Origin: Streptomyces virus Wollford
Taxonomy: Duplodnaviria > Heunggongvirae > Uroviricota > Caudoviricetes
Direction: 5' to 3' (one strand)
Virus record (IMG/VR): IMGVR_UViG_2974628344_000001
Location: 60,329-124,328 of that record
DNA length: 64,000 bases
In this document: positions 1-9,194 of the stretch, piece by piece
Layout: each line of letters begins with the position of its first letter
How positions within the stretch are numbered: the first letter of the stretch is position 1
Made by a program: the position numbers and the translations under genes
The notes under the pieces: generated by a model
Seen by the model: the letters and a program-made list of their open reading frames with translations, nothing else
What the model was told of the DNA's origin: nothing
Database searches by the model: none

Positions 1-2470
1 CCGAACCGATATCATCACCAATACGAATCTCGTAGCGGACATGATTGGGGACTATCCTTACCACTCTGGTCTTGACCTTCTTCCTAAGCCGAAGAACGAA
101 GATCCGCAGGCTTTGCTCGAAAAGAAGGCTCGTGCCGGTCTAAAGGCTCTTGGTCTTGATGGGGACAAGAAGTACACTGAACGTCTCGAAGAAGAGCTAA
201 GCATTATCAAGCAGAAGGACTTCTCTGTCTACTTCATCATTGTAGGCAACATGATCAAGTGGGCTAAGGATCAGGGCATTCGTGTTGGTCCTGGCCGTGG
301 TTCTGCCGCCGGAAGCCTTGTGTGCTACACGCTGGGAATTACAGAAGTAGATCCGATCAAGTGGGGCCTGCTGTTTTTCCGATTTATTGACATTGGCCGT
401 GATGACTGGCCTGACATTGACGTTGACTTTGCTGACCGTGATCGTGATAAGGTCAAGCAGTATCTTCGTCGTCAGTACAAGCACGTGGCTGAGATTGCTA
501 CGATTAACAAGTTTCAGGGTAAGGCTGCCGTAAAGGCTGCTGCTCGTGTATTCCGAGTCCCGGTGGGAGAGGTCAACTCTGCTACAAAGGATGTAGACGC
601 ACCTGCCGATAAGCCTGACCTGTTCTTTGATCTATTTAGCAAGTCAGACAAGGGAAAGAAGTTCACCGAGAAGTATCCAGAGGTTCTTGAGCTTGCTCAC
701 CATCTCAGTGGACGTATTCAGTCAATGGGTAAGCACCCTGCTGGTATCGTAGTGGCGAAGGAAGAAATTTCTCGTTACGCACCAATCGAAACGGCAAAGG
801 ACCCCAACGACGCAAATGCGCCACGACTTCCTATCGTTGCTTATGACATGAACGAGGCGGCGGACATTGGGTTGATTAAGCTTGATGCCCTAGGTCTAAA
901 GACTCTGACTGTTATCGATGATACCCTTGCGATGATCAAGGATCGTACTGGTAAGGAAATCGATCTACATAAGATCAATCTGGAAGACCGAAGTGTATAC
1001 CAGATGCTTGCAGATGGTTACACCCTCGGTGTATTCCAGGCAGAAGGAAACACCTTCACCAAGTGGATTCTTGAGGCCGGTGCTAGTGAGTTCAACGATC
1101 TAGTCATTGGTACCTCAATCGCCCGTCCTGGTCCTCTAAACACCGTTGGTGTTAACTATAAGGCTAGGAAGAAGGGTAAGGAAAAGGTTGAGTATGACCA
1201 CTTCATCATGAAGAGGCACACGGAGGAAACTCTTGGTCTTATCATTTATCAGGAGCAGGTCATGCTTGCGATGACTGAGCTTGCCGGAATGTCAATGACA
1301 GAGGCAAACAAGGTCCGTAAGATCATCGGTAAGAAGCGAGATGCAAAGGAATTCGAGCAGTACAAGGACAAGTTCATTGAGGGGGCCAGCACGAAGGTTC
1401 ATCGTTCTGTAGCTGAAAAGCTATGGCACGATTTCGAGCAGCACGCAGGTTACTCATTTAACAAGTCTCACGCGGTTGTGTACTCCATGATCACGTACTG
1501 GACTGCTTGGTTGAAGAAGCATTATCCTCTGGAGTTTATGTGCGCTCTGCTCAGGAACGAAAAGGACACAAGTAAGAAGACTTCAAAGCTGACTGACTAT
1601 CTGATTGAGGCTAAGCGCCTGGGGATCAAGATCCTTCTTCCTCACGTAAACGCTTCTAAGGAGGAATTCAGCATTGAAGAAAATGCAATCAGGTTCGGTA
1701 TCACCAACGTAAAGTACATTCGTGGAAACACGGGTAAGAGGCTTCTGGAGCATGCTCCGTACGCCAACTACGCGGCGCTCTACGAAAAGGTCAATGAGAA
1801 GGGCAGTGGACTAACGTCCCGAGTCCTCACAGCCTTGAACGCGATTGGTGGAGCTGCATTCGAGGACAATCCTCGTACTGGACATGAGCGGGACAACTTC
1901 TACGAATATTTGATGATTCCTGCATTCGGGACTCAGAAGGTAATTCCTAGGGTCATGAATCAGTTCAGGACTCTGGACGAATATTCTGGCACCGGAGCCT
2001 TCGCTGTTCTTGCAATGGTCAAGGATGTTCGTAGAGGTGAAGGATGGGCGCGGGTGGAAATGGTTGATGAAACAGGTACGGCTGGTGTGTTCACCGATAA
2101 GGAAACTCCTATCGAAGCAGGCCAGATGTATGCTATCCTGGTATCTGACAACCGAGTCCACAGGTATGCTACGATGGATGAGTTGATCAGCAAGATCGAC
2201 ACACCGTTTGTCGAGTATCTGTATGCTAAGGACTACAGTGATATTCCTTCTGGAATGTACAAGGTTCTTAGCTTCCAACCATACAAGACAAAGGCAGGAA
2301 AGATGATGGCCTACACTGTTCTAGCTGATTCTGAAAAGGGTCTGCTTCCAGTGATGGCTTTCCCAACAACATTCCACAAGGCTTATGGTAAGTGCAAGCC
2401 CGGTGCAGTGATTGATCCTGTATTGAAGCAGACTCAAGAGGGCTCATTCTTTTTCGACAATATCCTATAA
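1..2470 (+). CDS. dnaE: DNA polymerase III alpha subunit (DnaE-like), C-terminal portion; 5' end cut by window start
   Basis: ORF open to window edge; translation contains Pol III alpha core motifs (GPGRGSAAGSLVCYTLGIT...WPDIDVDFAD) and C-terminal OB-like region. Confidence 0.85.
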   Translation, partial: RTDIITNTNLVADMIGDYPYHSGLDLLPKPKNEDPQALLEKKARAGLKALGLDGDKKYTERLEEELSIIKQKDFSVYFIIVGNMIKWAKDQGIRVGPGRGSAAGSLVCYTLGITEVDPIKWGLLFFRFIDIGRDDWPDIDVDFADRDRDKVKQYLRRQYKHVAEIATINKFQGKAAVKAAARVFRVPVGEVNSATKDVDAPADKPDLFFDLFSKSDKGKKFTEKYPEVLELAHHLSGRIQSMGKHPAGIVVAKEEISRYAPIETAKDPNDANAPRLPIVAYDMNEAADIGLIKLDALGLKTLTVIDDTLAMIKDRTGKEIDLHKINLEDRSVYQMLADGYTLGVFQAEGNTFTKWILEAGASEFNDLVIGTSIARPGPLNTVGVNYKARKKGKEKVEYDHFIMKRHTEETLGLIIYQEQVMLAMTELAGMSMTEANKVRKIIGKKRDAKEFEQYKDKFIEGASTKVHRSVAEKLWHDFEQHAGYSFNKSHAVVYSMITYWTAWLKKHYPLEFMCALLRNEKDTSKKTSKLTDYLIEAKRLGIKILLPHVNASKEEFSIEENAIRFGITNVKYIRGNTGKRLLEHAPYANYAALYEKVNEKGSGLTSRVLTALNAIGGAAFEDNPRTGHERDNFYEYLMIPAFGTQKVIPRVMNQFRTLDEYSGTGAFAVLAMVKDVRRGEGWARVEMVDETGTAGVFTDKETPIEAGQMYAILVSDNRVHRYATMDELISKIDTPFVEYLYAKDYSDIPSGMYKVLSFQPYKTKAGKMMAYTVLADSEKGLLPVMAFPTTFHKAYGKCKPGAVIDPVLKQTQEGSFFFDNIL

Positions 2471-2478
2471 GGAGTACA

Positions 2479-2676
2479 ATGGAAGAGGCAGTAAGGGCGG
2501 AGGATCTTCTTCGCCTACTGCTCCTTGTAAAGGGTGATATTGTAATCACCGCTGAGGAGCTTGGACGCGCAGTGAATGATCACACGCGCTATTCAGTGGG
2601 TCTAAGTCATGATCCGCTTAAGAAGGAATTCACATTTCACCTGATTGGAAACGATGAACGACCTGTCAATGACTGA
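2479..2676 (+). CDS. hypothetical protein
   Basis: 65-aa co-oriented ORF tightly packed between polymerase and MazG-like gene. Confidence 0.3.
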   Translation: MEEAVRAEDLLRLLLLVKGDIVITAEELGRAVNDHTRYSVGLSHDPLKKEFTFHLIGNDERPVND

Positions 2677-3004
2677 TTACCAGATGGCTGCCGCTGAGAC
2701 TGGCATCTATCCTGGGCATGGCGAAGCAACTACCGAGGCAATTGGATACACTGTTCTTGGCCTGGTGGGTGAAGCTGGCGAAATCGCCAATGGATTCAAG
2801 AAGTCCATTCGAGACGAGAATGGCGTAGTAACTGCGGAAAAGGCTCAGGCACTTGCAGCCGAGCTTGGAGATGTTCTCTGGTATGTTGCTAATCTAGCCA
2901 ATGAGCTAGGTTACCCACTAGAGCTTATTGCCAAGCAGAATCTACAGAAGCTAAAGTCTCGTCAAGCTCGTGGAGTAATTCAGGGTAGTGGCGACAACCG
3001 CTAA
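2645..3004 (+). CDS. MazG-like nucleoside triphosphate pyrophosphohydrolase
   Basis: 119 aa; paired EAGE...ELGDVLWY motifs typical of all-alpha NTP-PPase (MazG/HisE) fold. Confidence 0.65.
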   Translation: METMNDLSMTDYQMAAAETGIYPGHGEATTEAIGYTVLGLVGEAGEIANGFKKSIRDENGVVTAEKAQALAAELGDVLWYVANLANELGYPLELIAKQNLQKLKSRQARGVIQGSGDNR

Positions 3005-3168
3005 GAGCTGATATACTGGGTTCATGAGCACAGAAGCATATTTCCTCCGGGGAGTCGAAGAAGAACACCTATTGGTATTCCGAGGCGATGACCCGGAGGA
3101 AATTTTGTTTATTATTAAGCGGTTAGCCGCCTGCCGCGATAAGAAAATAAAGGCAATGGCAGAAAAAC

Positions 3169-4200
3169 TTGAAGAGGAATGGAATCAAAGAGAATATGGA
3201 AATCGAAGAGGAGATTCTGGCAAAGCTAAGCCCAAAAATTCTGGCAAGAGCTAAGATGGCCTCAGAGGTTGTTTTGGAAAAGCAGCCTACTCCAAGCACA
3301 GGACTTAATTCTGCATTGCGTGGAGGGCTAGGCTATGGCCGTCAGAGCCTTATTTGGGGAAGCAAGTCAGCAGGAAAGTCAACGTTCTGTCTAGGAACTA
3401 CTGCAATCGCTCAGTCATCCGGAAAGCGTGTGGCGTTCATTGACTCAGAGCAGTCATTCGACCCTTCTTGGGCTGCAAGACTGGGGGTTGATACAAGAAA
3501 GCTGATCTATACAGATGTAAAGACCATCGAAGATATGGTTGGAGCCGGTGTAGAGTTTATGAAGGCTGGTGTTGATCTTATTACAGTGGATTCAATCTCA
3601 GCACTTCTATCATCAGCCTACTTTGAGAAGGACAAGAAGGGCGATGAACTAAAGGATCTATCTGGTACTAAGCAGATTGGATCAGAGGCAAGAGAGCTTG
3701 CGAACGGCGTAAAGATGCTGAATTACGCCAACAAGAACACCGCGCTTGTTCTTATTTCTCAGGTAAGAAACAAGATTACAACTTATGGCGCAATGCATCA
3801 AGCGACCGGTGGTCATGCAGTAGACTTCTTTAGCAGTACTGTCATTAAGCTGTGGTCATCTGCCCGTGAGGCTGATCAAATTCAGGGTGAAATCTTCAAT
3901 GGAGACATGATCTTGAAGGAACCAATCGGACGAGAAGTGACTTGGAGCATTGACAAGAACAAGCTAGGTCCGCCTAACAAGACTGGCAGTTACAATCTCT
4001 TCTATGATGGATCATTCATCGGAATCGATAACCTTGGCGAAGCAATCGATCTAGCTATCGCTCTGGGCATTGTAGAAAAGAAGGGAAACTGGCTTTACTA
4101 CCAGGACATTAAGGAAAATGGTAAGGCTGGATTTACAGCCGTTCTACGTGCAAGCGAGGAGCTTTCTGCCAAGCTAATTGGGGAGGTAGAAAATGCATAA
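3169..4200 (+). CDS. RecA-like recombinase/ATPase (Sak4/RadA-like)
   Basis: Walker A GSKSAGKST, RecA-fold layout; real start may be the Met near 3250. Confidence 0.65.
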   Translation: MKRNGIKENMEIEEEILAKLSPKILARAKMASEVVLEKQPTPSTGLNSALRGGLGYGRQSLIWGSKSAGKSTFCLGTTAIAQSSGKRVAFIDSEQSFDPSWAARLGVDTRKLIYTDVKTIEDMVGAGVEFMKAGVDLITVDSISALLSSAYFEKDKKGDELKDLSGTKQIGSEARELANGVKMLNYANKNTALVLISQVRNKITTYGAMHQATGGHAVDFFSSTVIKLWSSAREADQIQGEIFNGDMILKEPIGREVTWSIDKNKLGPPNKTGSYNLFYDGSFIGIDNLGEAIDLAIALGIVEKKGNWLYYQDIKENGKAGFTAVLRASEELSAKLIGEVENA

Positions 4201-4393
4201 CCCGTTTGACGATGCTCCTGAGCCGAAGCAGAAGGCTGTATCTCCAGGAATCATCATTGAGGGTGATTTCAGATGTATGACATGTGGAGAGTCTGTTGAG
4301 ATAGCTGAGTTTTTGCCAGTCGACAAGATGCTTGGCTGGCTTTGCTCAGAAGGCCATAAGTCAATGATTGAAAACTTCACTCTAGGAATATAA
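4193..4393 (+). CDS. hypothetical zinc-ribbon protein
   Basis: 66 aa, CxxC...C..H pattern, overlaps stop of upstream gene. Confidence 0.35.
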   Translation: MHNPFDDAPEPKQKAVSPGIIIEGDFRCMTCGESVEIAEFLPVDKMLGWLCSEGHKSMIENFTLGI

Positions 4394-4713
4394 TGTCAGA
4401 GCTAAATGAAATCAAAAGAGACGGTGGCAAAGCTCAGAAGAATTCCGGTCGAGGAAAGATTCAAAAGGGTGATGCCAAGCTGGGACCTTTCTGTTACGAC
4501 ATTAAGGAGTATGCTAATTCATTCAGTGTCTCCAAGGAGGTCTGGGGCAAGGTTTGCACAGATGCCTTCCGATCTGGTAGGATGATACCGGCACTGAAAC
4601 TTGTACTGGGATCTGGTGACGCCAAGACTAGAGTCTGGGTTATCGGAGATAATATGTTTCACGAAATGCTAGAAGCTTGGGAGGAGAAATATGGTGAATC
4701 TAACGAGAATTGA
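4393..4713 (+). CDS. hypothetical protein
   Basis: 106-aa ORF, start overlaps upstream stop (ATGA). Confidence 0.35.
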   Translation: MSELNEIKRDGGKAQKNSGRGKIQKGDAKLGPFCYDIKEYANSFSVSKEVWGKVCTDAFRSGRMIPALKLVLGSGDAKTRVWVIGDNMFHEMLEAWEEKYGESNEN

Positions 4714-4903
4714 GTTTATTCGTCGTGATAACGGCGAGTGGATGGCCTATCAGAAGTTCGAGGACGGAGCTGAACAGGGAGGCCCGGTGGGCTATGAAGA
4801 GGCCCGACAAATCCTTTCATCCGCCTTTGGTGAAGATGAATATGGACCATTCACTATGGATCTAGTAAAGGAAAACAATGAAGCTGATAATCAGAGTTCC
4901 TGA
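4691..4903 (+). CDS. hypothetical protein
   Basis: 70-aa ORF in co-oriented tightly packed gene train. Confidence 0.3.
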   Translation: MVNLTRIEFIRRDNGEWMAYQKFEDGAEQGGPVGYEEARQILSSAFGEDEYGPFTMDLVKENNEADNQSS

Positions 4904-5063
4904 GCAGGTCTTTGAATACGAAATTCCAGAGTATGTAGCAGAGCGATATCGAGAGATGATGGCCGCTCCTCATGAAGATTGGGAGGAGACAGACTTCTGG
5001 GATACTTGGTCATCTGATACGTGGCCCGAAACATATTTGGAGGTAGAAGATGACTGCGAATGA
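4878..5063 (+). CDS. hypothetical acidic protein
   Basis: 61-aa ORF, acidic, in gene train. Confidence 0.3.
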   Translation: MKLIIRVPEQVFEYEIPEYVAERYREMMAAPHEDWEETDFWDTWSSDTWPETYLEVEDDCE

Positions 5064-5394
5064 GGAAAATCCCCTCGTTCTCATTTCAAAGATTTCCGAG
5101 TTCCAAGACGTTCATGAATTCATGGAAGACGAAGATCTTGACAGAGCGCTGCATTATGTCATTAAGCTGATGATGAAGCCAGATGTAAAAGATCCTCTAA
5201 AGGCGCAGCAGCTTATTATTCAACTGCAAGCGTATGCTGCCAAGTTTGCCATGATGGCCACGATCTATAGCACAATTAAGAAGGATCGCGGTGGAACAGT
5301 AAACGGAATGAAGAAGAATATCTACTACACAGCAGCCGCAGAATTGGATAAGGTCGTACAGTCCTTGAAGTATTCATTCAAGACTCACCTGTGA
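5050..5394 (+). CDS. hypothetical protein
   Basis: 114-aa ORF, overlaps neighbours by a few nt. Confidence 0.4.
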   Translation: MTANEENPLVLISKISEFQDVHEFMEDEDLDRALHYVIKLMMKPDVKDPLKAQQLIIQLQAYAAKFAMMATIYSTIKKDRGGTVNGMKKNIYYTAAAELDKVVQSLKYSFKTHL

Positions 5395-5421
5395 TATACT
5401 TGTATTCAACAAGAGAAATGG

Positions 5422-6201
5422 ATGAAAATGGCAACGGAACTGATTAAAACTGTACGGCTTGGAAAGAAGCTTTCTTTTGATACAAAGAAGTTCCTTTCTG
5501 TTATTGAGCAGGCTTATGTCAACTCAAGGCCGAAGAGTAGATATTCCAAGAAGGTTTCATTCTCTCCCTCTTCAATTGGCTATGGTGCTGGTACCTGTCC
5601 TAGGTACTGGTACCTAGCTTTTACTGGGGGAGAGTTTGTTGACACCTTTGACGGACTAAGTGTCGCCAATATGGCAAACGGTACAGCAGCACACGACCGA
5701 ATTGAAAAGCTTTTTGCTGATGCTGGCGTACTGGAAGAAGCAGAACGAGAGATTACCCATCAGAATCCCCCAATCAGGGGATTTGTTGATGTTATCGTGA
5801 ATTTTGAGGGAAAGAGAGTTGTTGGCGAGTTCAAGACTACTCGTCAGGAGTCTTACATTCATCGTGAGGCCAATGGAACAGCTATCGATTACCACAAGGT
5901 TCAAGTCCTTGTATACATGAAGGTTCTCGGTCTTGATGAGGGATTTGTTCTTTACGAGAACAAGAACACGCAGGAACTGTTCCTGGTCCCAGTAATCATG
6001 GACGAAGCCAATAAGGAATACACTGACTATATCTTCAATTGGATGAACGAGGTTAGAAACCTATGGGAGGCGGAAACCCTTCCTACTCGTCCATTTACAC
6101 AGAAGAGTAAGGCGTGCAAGTCATGTGCGCTATTTAATGTTTGTTGGAACGAATCTCCAGAAGGCGACATTGATTACGCACCATTGGGGGTGAGAAAGTA
6201 A
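5422..6201 (+). CDS. Cas4-like PD-(D/E)XK exonuclease with C-terminal Cys cluster
   Basis: N-terminal CPRYWY, DVIV...EFK nuclease core, C-terminal CKSCALFNVCW (Fe-S like) as in Cas4/RecB-family phage exonucleases. Confidence 0.6.
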   Translation: MKMATELIKTVRLGKKLSFDTKKFLSVIEQAYVNSRPKSRYSKKVSFSPSSIGYGAGTCPRYWYLAFTGGEFVDTFDGLSVANMANGTAAHDRIEKLFADAGVLEEAEREITHQNPPIRGFVDVIVNFEGKRVVGEFKTTRQESYIHREANGTAIDYHKVQVLVYMKVLGLDEGFVLYENKNTQELFLVPVIMDEANKEYTDYIFNWMNEVRNLWEAETLPTRPFTQKSKACKSCALFNVCWNESPEGDIDYAPLGVRK

Positions 6202-6483
6202 TTGATTTGCGCCTATGGAGAATGCGGCAACATGTTTGAGCCCAAGACTCATAATCAGAAGTTTTGTAGCTCAACATGTTGCCGTAAGGCGACCAACGCA
6301 CGAATTATGGAAAAGTATTACGCCAGACGTGATCGTAAAAGAGGAAAAATACGAACATGCTCTGAGTGCCCCACTGTCCTTTCCCGATACAATAGTTCAA
6401 ATAAGTGTGAAGGTTGTCAGGGAAAAGCCCGGCGGGATGAACGAGCGGAACTATTGGAGTTGATCGGAAATGCCTCTGTCTGA
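6202..6483 (+). CDS. hypothetical Cys-rich (zinc-finger) protein
   Basis: 93 aa with 4 CxxC pairs. Confidence 0.4.
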   Translation: MICAYGECGNMFEPKTHNQKFCSSTCCRKATNARIMEKYYARRDRKRGKIRTCSECPTVLSRYNSSNKCEGCQGKARRDERAELLELIGNASV

Positions 6484-7039
6484 TATACATAAGACAAGAG
6501 CACAGAAGGTCATGGGTATCGACTGCTCCACTAAAACCATCGCGTTTACCATCTTTGATGGAGAAAACTTCCACAAGTGTGGCGAAGTAAGCTTCAATGG
6601 ATCTACCGTATTTGAAAGAGCTTATGACGCACACGCAAAGACTTTGGCACTATATGAAGATTTTGATCCTGACTTTGTTGCTATTGAAGCTGCGATCATG
6701 GTAAGGAGCACATCAGTAGCCATTAAGATGGCATATGTATTTGGAGCTGTAATTGCCGCTCTTTTGAAGGGCGGAGCTAAGGTGATTGAAGTTCCACCTA
6801 TTTCTTGGCAATCATTCATTGGAAACAAGAATCTTACGAAAGCTGAGAAGGACGCGATAAAAGCTGAATTTCCTGGAAAATCTGCTAGTTGGTATCAGAA
6901 TAAGGGAAGACAGATCAGGAAGCAGCGAACCATTGACTTTGCCAAAAGAGAATTTGGCATTGAGCTTGAAAGTGATAACGTAGCTGACTCACTGGGAGTT
7001 GCCTGGTGGGCAGTTCAGAACAAGACTAAAAGGAGCTGA
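6470..7039 (+). CDS. RuvC-like Holliday junction resolvase (putative)
   Basis: N-terminal MGIDCSTKTIAFTIFDG...AIEAA resembles RuvC-fold resolvase catalytic start. Confidence 0.45.
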   Translation: MPLSDIHKTRAQKVMGIDCSTKTIAFTIFDGENFHKCGEVSFNGSTVFERAYDAHAKTLALYEDFDPDFVAIEAAIMVRSTSVAIKMAYVFGAVIAALLKGGAKVIEVPPISWQSFIGNKNLTKAEKDAIKAEFPGKSASWYQNKGRQIRKQRTIDFAKREFGIELESDNVADSLGVAWWAVQNKTKRS

Positions 7040-7040
7040 C

Positions 7041-7505
7041 ATGATAGTAGCGGGAACTGGACATAGAGATCTGAGGGACCGAGACTGGATTGCTAGCCAA
7101 ACGGAGAAGGCCCTCATCGATATGGGGGCCTCTCTTGTTTATGTTGGCATGGCCTCTGGCTTCGATCTGCTATTGGCTAAAATCTCTTGGGGTCTAGGTA
7201 TTCCATTCATTGCTGCAAAGCCCTGGAGGGGCCACAAGCCTCGTATAACTGATGAGTATGACTATGGCCGAGCGCTGCATTACGCTCAAGAGGTTGTTAA
7301 TGTAACTAGCTATGATGACTACCCTGGAGCATGGGTGTATGATGAGCGCAACAGGTTCATGGTTGACAAGTCAGATGCTTGTCTGGCAGTATTAGAGGCC
7401 GGACGTACTGGCGGAACATACAACTGCATGAAGTATGCTTCACGCAAGGGCAAGCCTGGGATAATCATTGATCCACTAATGAAGGAAGTGACAAAGATTG
7501 GCTAA
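7041..7505 (+). CDS. hypothetical Rossmann-like (SLOG/DprA-like) protein
   Basis: MIVAGTGHRDL... GxGxR motif; ORF in track starts 6999, internal Met 7041 more plausible. Confidence 0.3.
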   Translation: MIVAGTGHRDLRDRDWIASQTEKALIDMGASLVYVGMASGFDLLLAKISWGLGIPFIAAKPWRGHKPRITDEYDYGRALHYAQEVVNVTSYDDYPGAWVYDERNRFMVDKSDACLAVLEAGRTGGTYNCMKYASRKGKPGIIIDPLMKEVTKIG

Positions 7506-7648
7506 TCTTTATGAAAGCAAGACGTGGCTACAGGAGAAGTACAGAACGATGACTGCTAAGCAAATTGCTGATCTATGCGGCAAGTCAGAAATGACTATCA
7601 CTCGATGGCTTGCCAGGCATGGTATTCCAATCAGAAGGAGTCGTTGAT

Positions 7649-8269
7649 ATGATCAAGATCGGGATGACTGGTGCTCATGGTACTGGTAAAACATCAATGG
7701 CTCAGGCTATGACAGAAAGCCCGGCGTTTAAGGATTTCGTCCTTGTGCCTTCTTCTGCTCGTCAAATTAAAGAGTATGGATATCCCATCAATAGGGAAGC
7801 AACAGAACTAAGTCAGTTGCTCGTTCCAATTCTCAGAATGGTAGACGAGCATGAGGCAATGACAAATCCTCAGAACACTCTGTATAAGCATGGAATCATC
7901 TCTGATCGAACACTGATCGACTCTCTTGCCTATACATATTATCAGAATGAAAAAGTATGGGACAACGGCGCTCTCGTTGAGAATGTAACTCGAAGACTGA
8001 CAGAGATGCACATGTCAACATATCACTTCGTTCTTTACTTCCCAGTTTACTGGGATCTGGAAGCAGATGGAGTTAGAGATCCAGACGAAGATTACCGAGT
8101 CAAAATTGATGACTACGTAATCCAGGCGCTAGAACTTCTTGGTGTCCCATACTTCACAGTTCCAGACGTTAATCCTTCTGAAAGGGTTGACTGGTTTGTT
8201 GAAGAGATTCAGCAGATCTATGCAGAGGCGGAACGCAGATATCGAAGGCGCTTTGGCGATCTGCTATAA
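7649..8269 (+). CDS. P-loop NTPase (AAA_28/NadR-kinase-like)
   Basis: MIKIGMTGAHGTGKTS Walker A right at N-terminus. Confidence 0.55.
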   Translation: MIKIGMTGAHGTGKTSMAQAMTESPAFKDFVLVPSSARQIKEYGYPINREATELSQLLVPILRMVDEHEAMTNPQNTLYKHGIISDRTLIDSLAYTYYQNEKVWDNGALVENVTRRLTEMHMSTYHFVLYFPVYWDLEADGVRDPDEDYRVKIDDYVIQALELLGVPYFTVPDVNPSERVDWFVEEIQQIYAEAERRYRRRFGDLL

Positions 8270-8291
8270 TAAATCTTGAAAGTGAGGAAAC

Positions 8292-8618
8292 ATGGGAACC
8301 GTTAGACGCTTTAGGCAAAAGGCTGAAAAGAATCCTGATTCATGGTGGCAGTCAGGTGCTTATGGTGGTACGCCGCACATTGTGCCAGCATTTGAATTTG
8401 AATTTGAGGGAGAGACGATCTACCCGAAGGCTTTGATCAAGTTCAAGAACACCAGAGGAACATTCAAGTTCCGCTGTGTGGCAACCAACATCCATACTGG
8501 AAAGACATGGATCGATTGCATCAATGCTGACACAGGAGAATGGAAGTCATTTTATGTTGAAAAGCTCAAGGGACCTGTGAAGCCTCGTAAGACACGTAGG
8601 AGGAGAAAGGTTGCCTAA
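8292..8618 (+). CDS. hypothetical protein with basic C-terminus
   Basis: 108-aa ORF; KPRKTRRRRK tail. Confidence 0.35.
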   Translation: MGTVRRFRQKAEKNPDSWWQSGAYGGTPHIVPAFEFEFEGETIYPKALIKFKNTRGTFKFRCVATNIHTGKTWIDCINADTGEWKSFYVEKLKGPVKPRKTRRRRKVA

Positions 8619-9135
8619 AGAGCTAGAGCAGATCGACAGAATTGAAAGAATGAATGATGTTGTAACTGCTCATCTAAAGGGCGACAATCCAACTCAGATT
8701 GCTAAGCTTACTGGTCTAAAGCGCGCCGAGGTGCTTCAATACCTTGACGAATGGAAGTCCATAGCTCAGAACAATAAGACAATTCAGGCGCGTGCCCAAG
8801 AAGCCATTACCTCAATGGATGAGCATTACAATATGATCATCCGTGAGCTGTGGGAAACAATGGAGCAAGCAGACCTGAACAATGATCTTAAAACAAAGGC
8901 ATCTGTGCTGAAAAGCCTGGCAGATGTTGAAGGCAAGAGAGTCGATCTCTTGCAGAAGGCAGGTCTTCTAGACAATCAGCAAATTGGTGATGAAGTTGCG
9001 GAAATGGAAAAGAAGCATGAAATCCTCATCAACATCTTGAGAGATGTTACATCTGATTGTCCACACTGCAAGGTTGAAGTAGCAAGAAGGCTTTCCACAG
9101 TCACCGGCCAAACAGAGACGATTGTCGTCAACTAA
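8611..9135 (+). CDS. putative terminase small subunit / HTH DNA-binding protein
   Basis: 174 aa immediately upstream of large terminase; HTH-like segment NPTQIAKLTGLKRAEVLQYL. Confidence 0.35.
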   Translation: MPKELEQIDRIERMNDVVTAHLKGDNPTQIAKLTGLKRAEVLQYLDEWKSIAQNNKTIQARAQEAITSMDEHYNMIIRELWETMEQADLNNDLKTKASVLKSLADVEGKRVDLLQKAGLLDNQQIGDEVAEMEKKHEILINILRDVTSDCPHCKVEVARRLSTVTGQTETIVVN

Positions 9136-9137
9136 TT

Positions 9138-9194
9138 AAATCCTATATCCTTTCATGATATACTGTTCAATATGAAAGGATATAGGATTTTTTA
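9138..9194 (+). terminator. Rho-independent terminator (long perfect inverted repeat + T-run)
   Basis: aaatcctatatcctttcat ... atgaaaggatataggattt tttt. Confidence 0.6.
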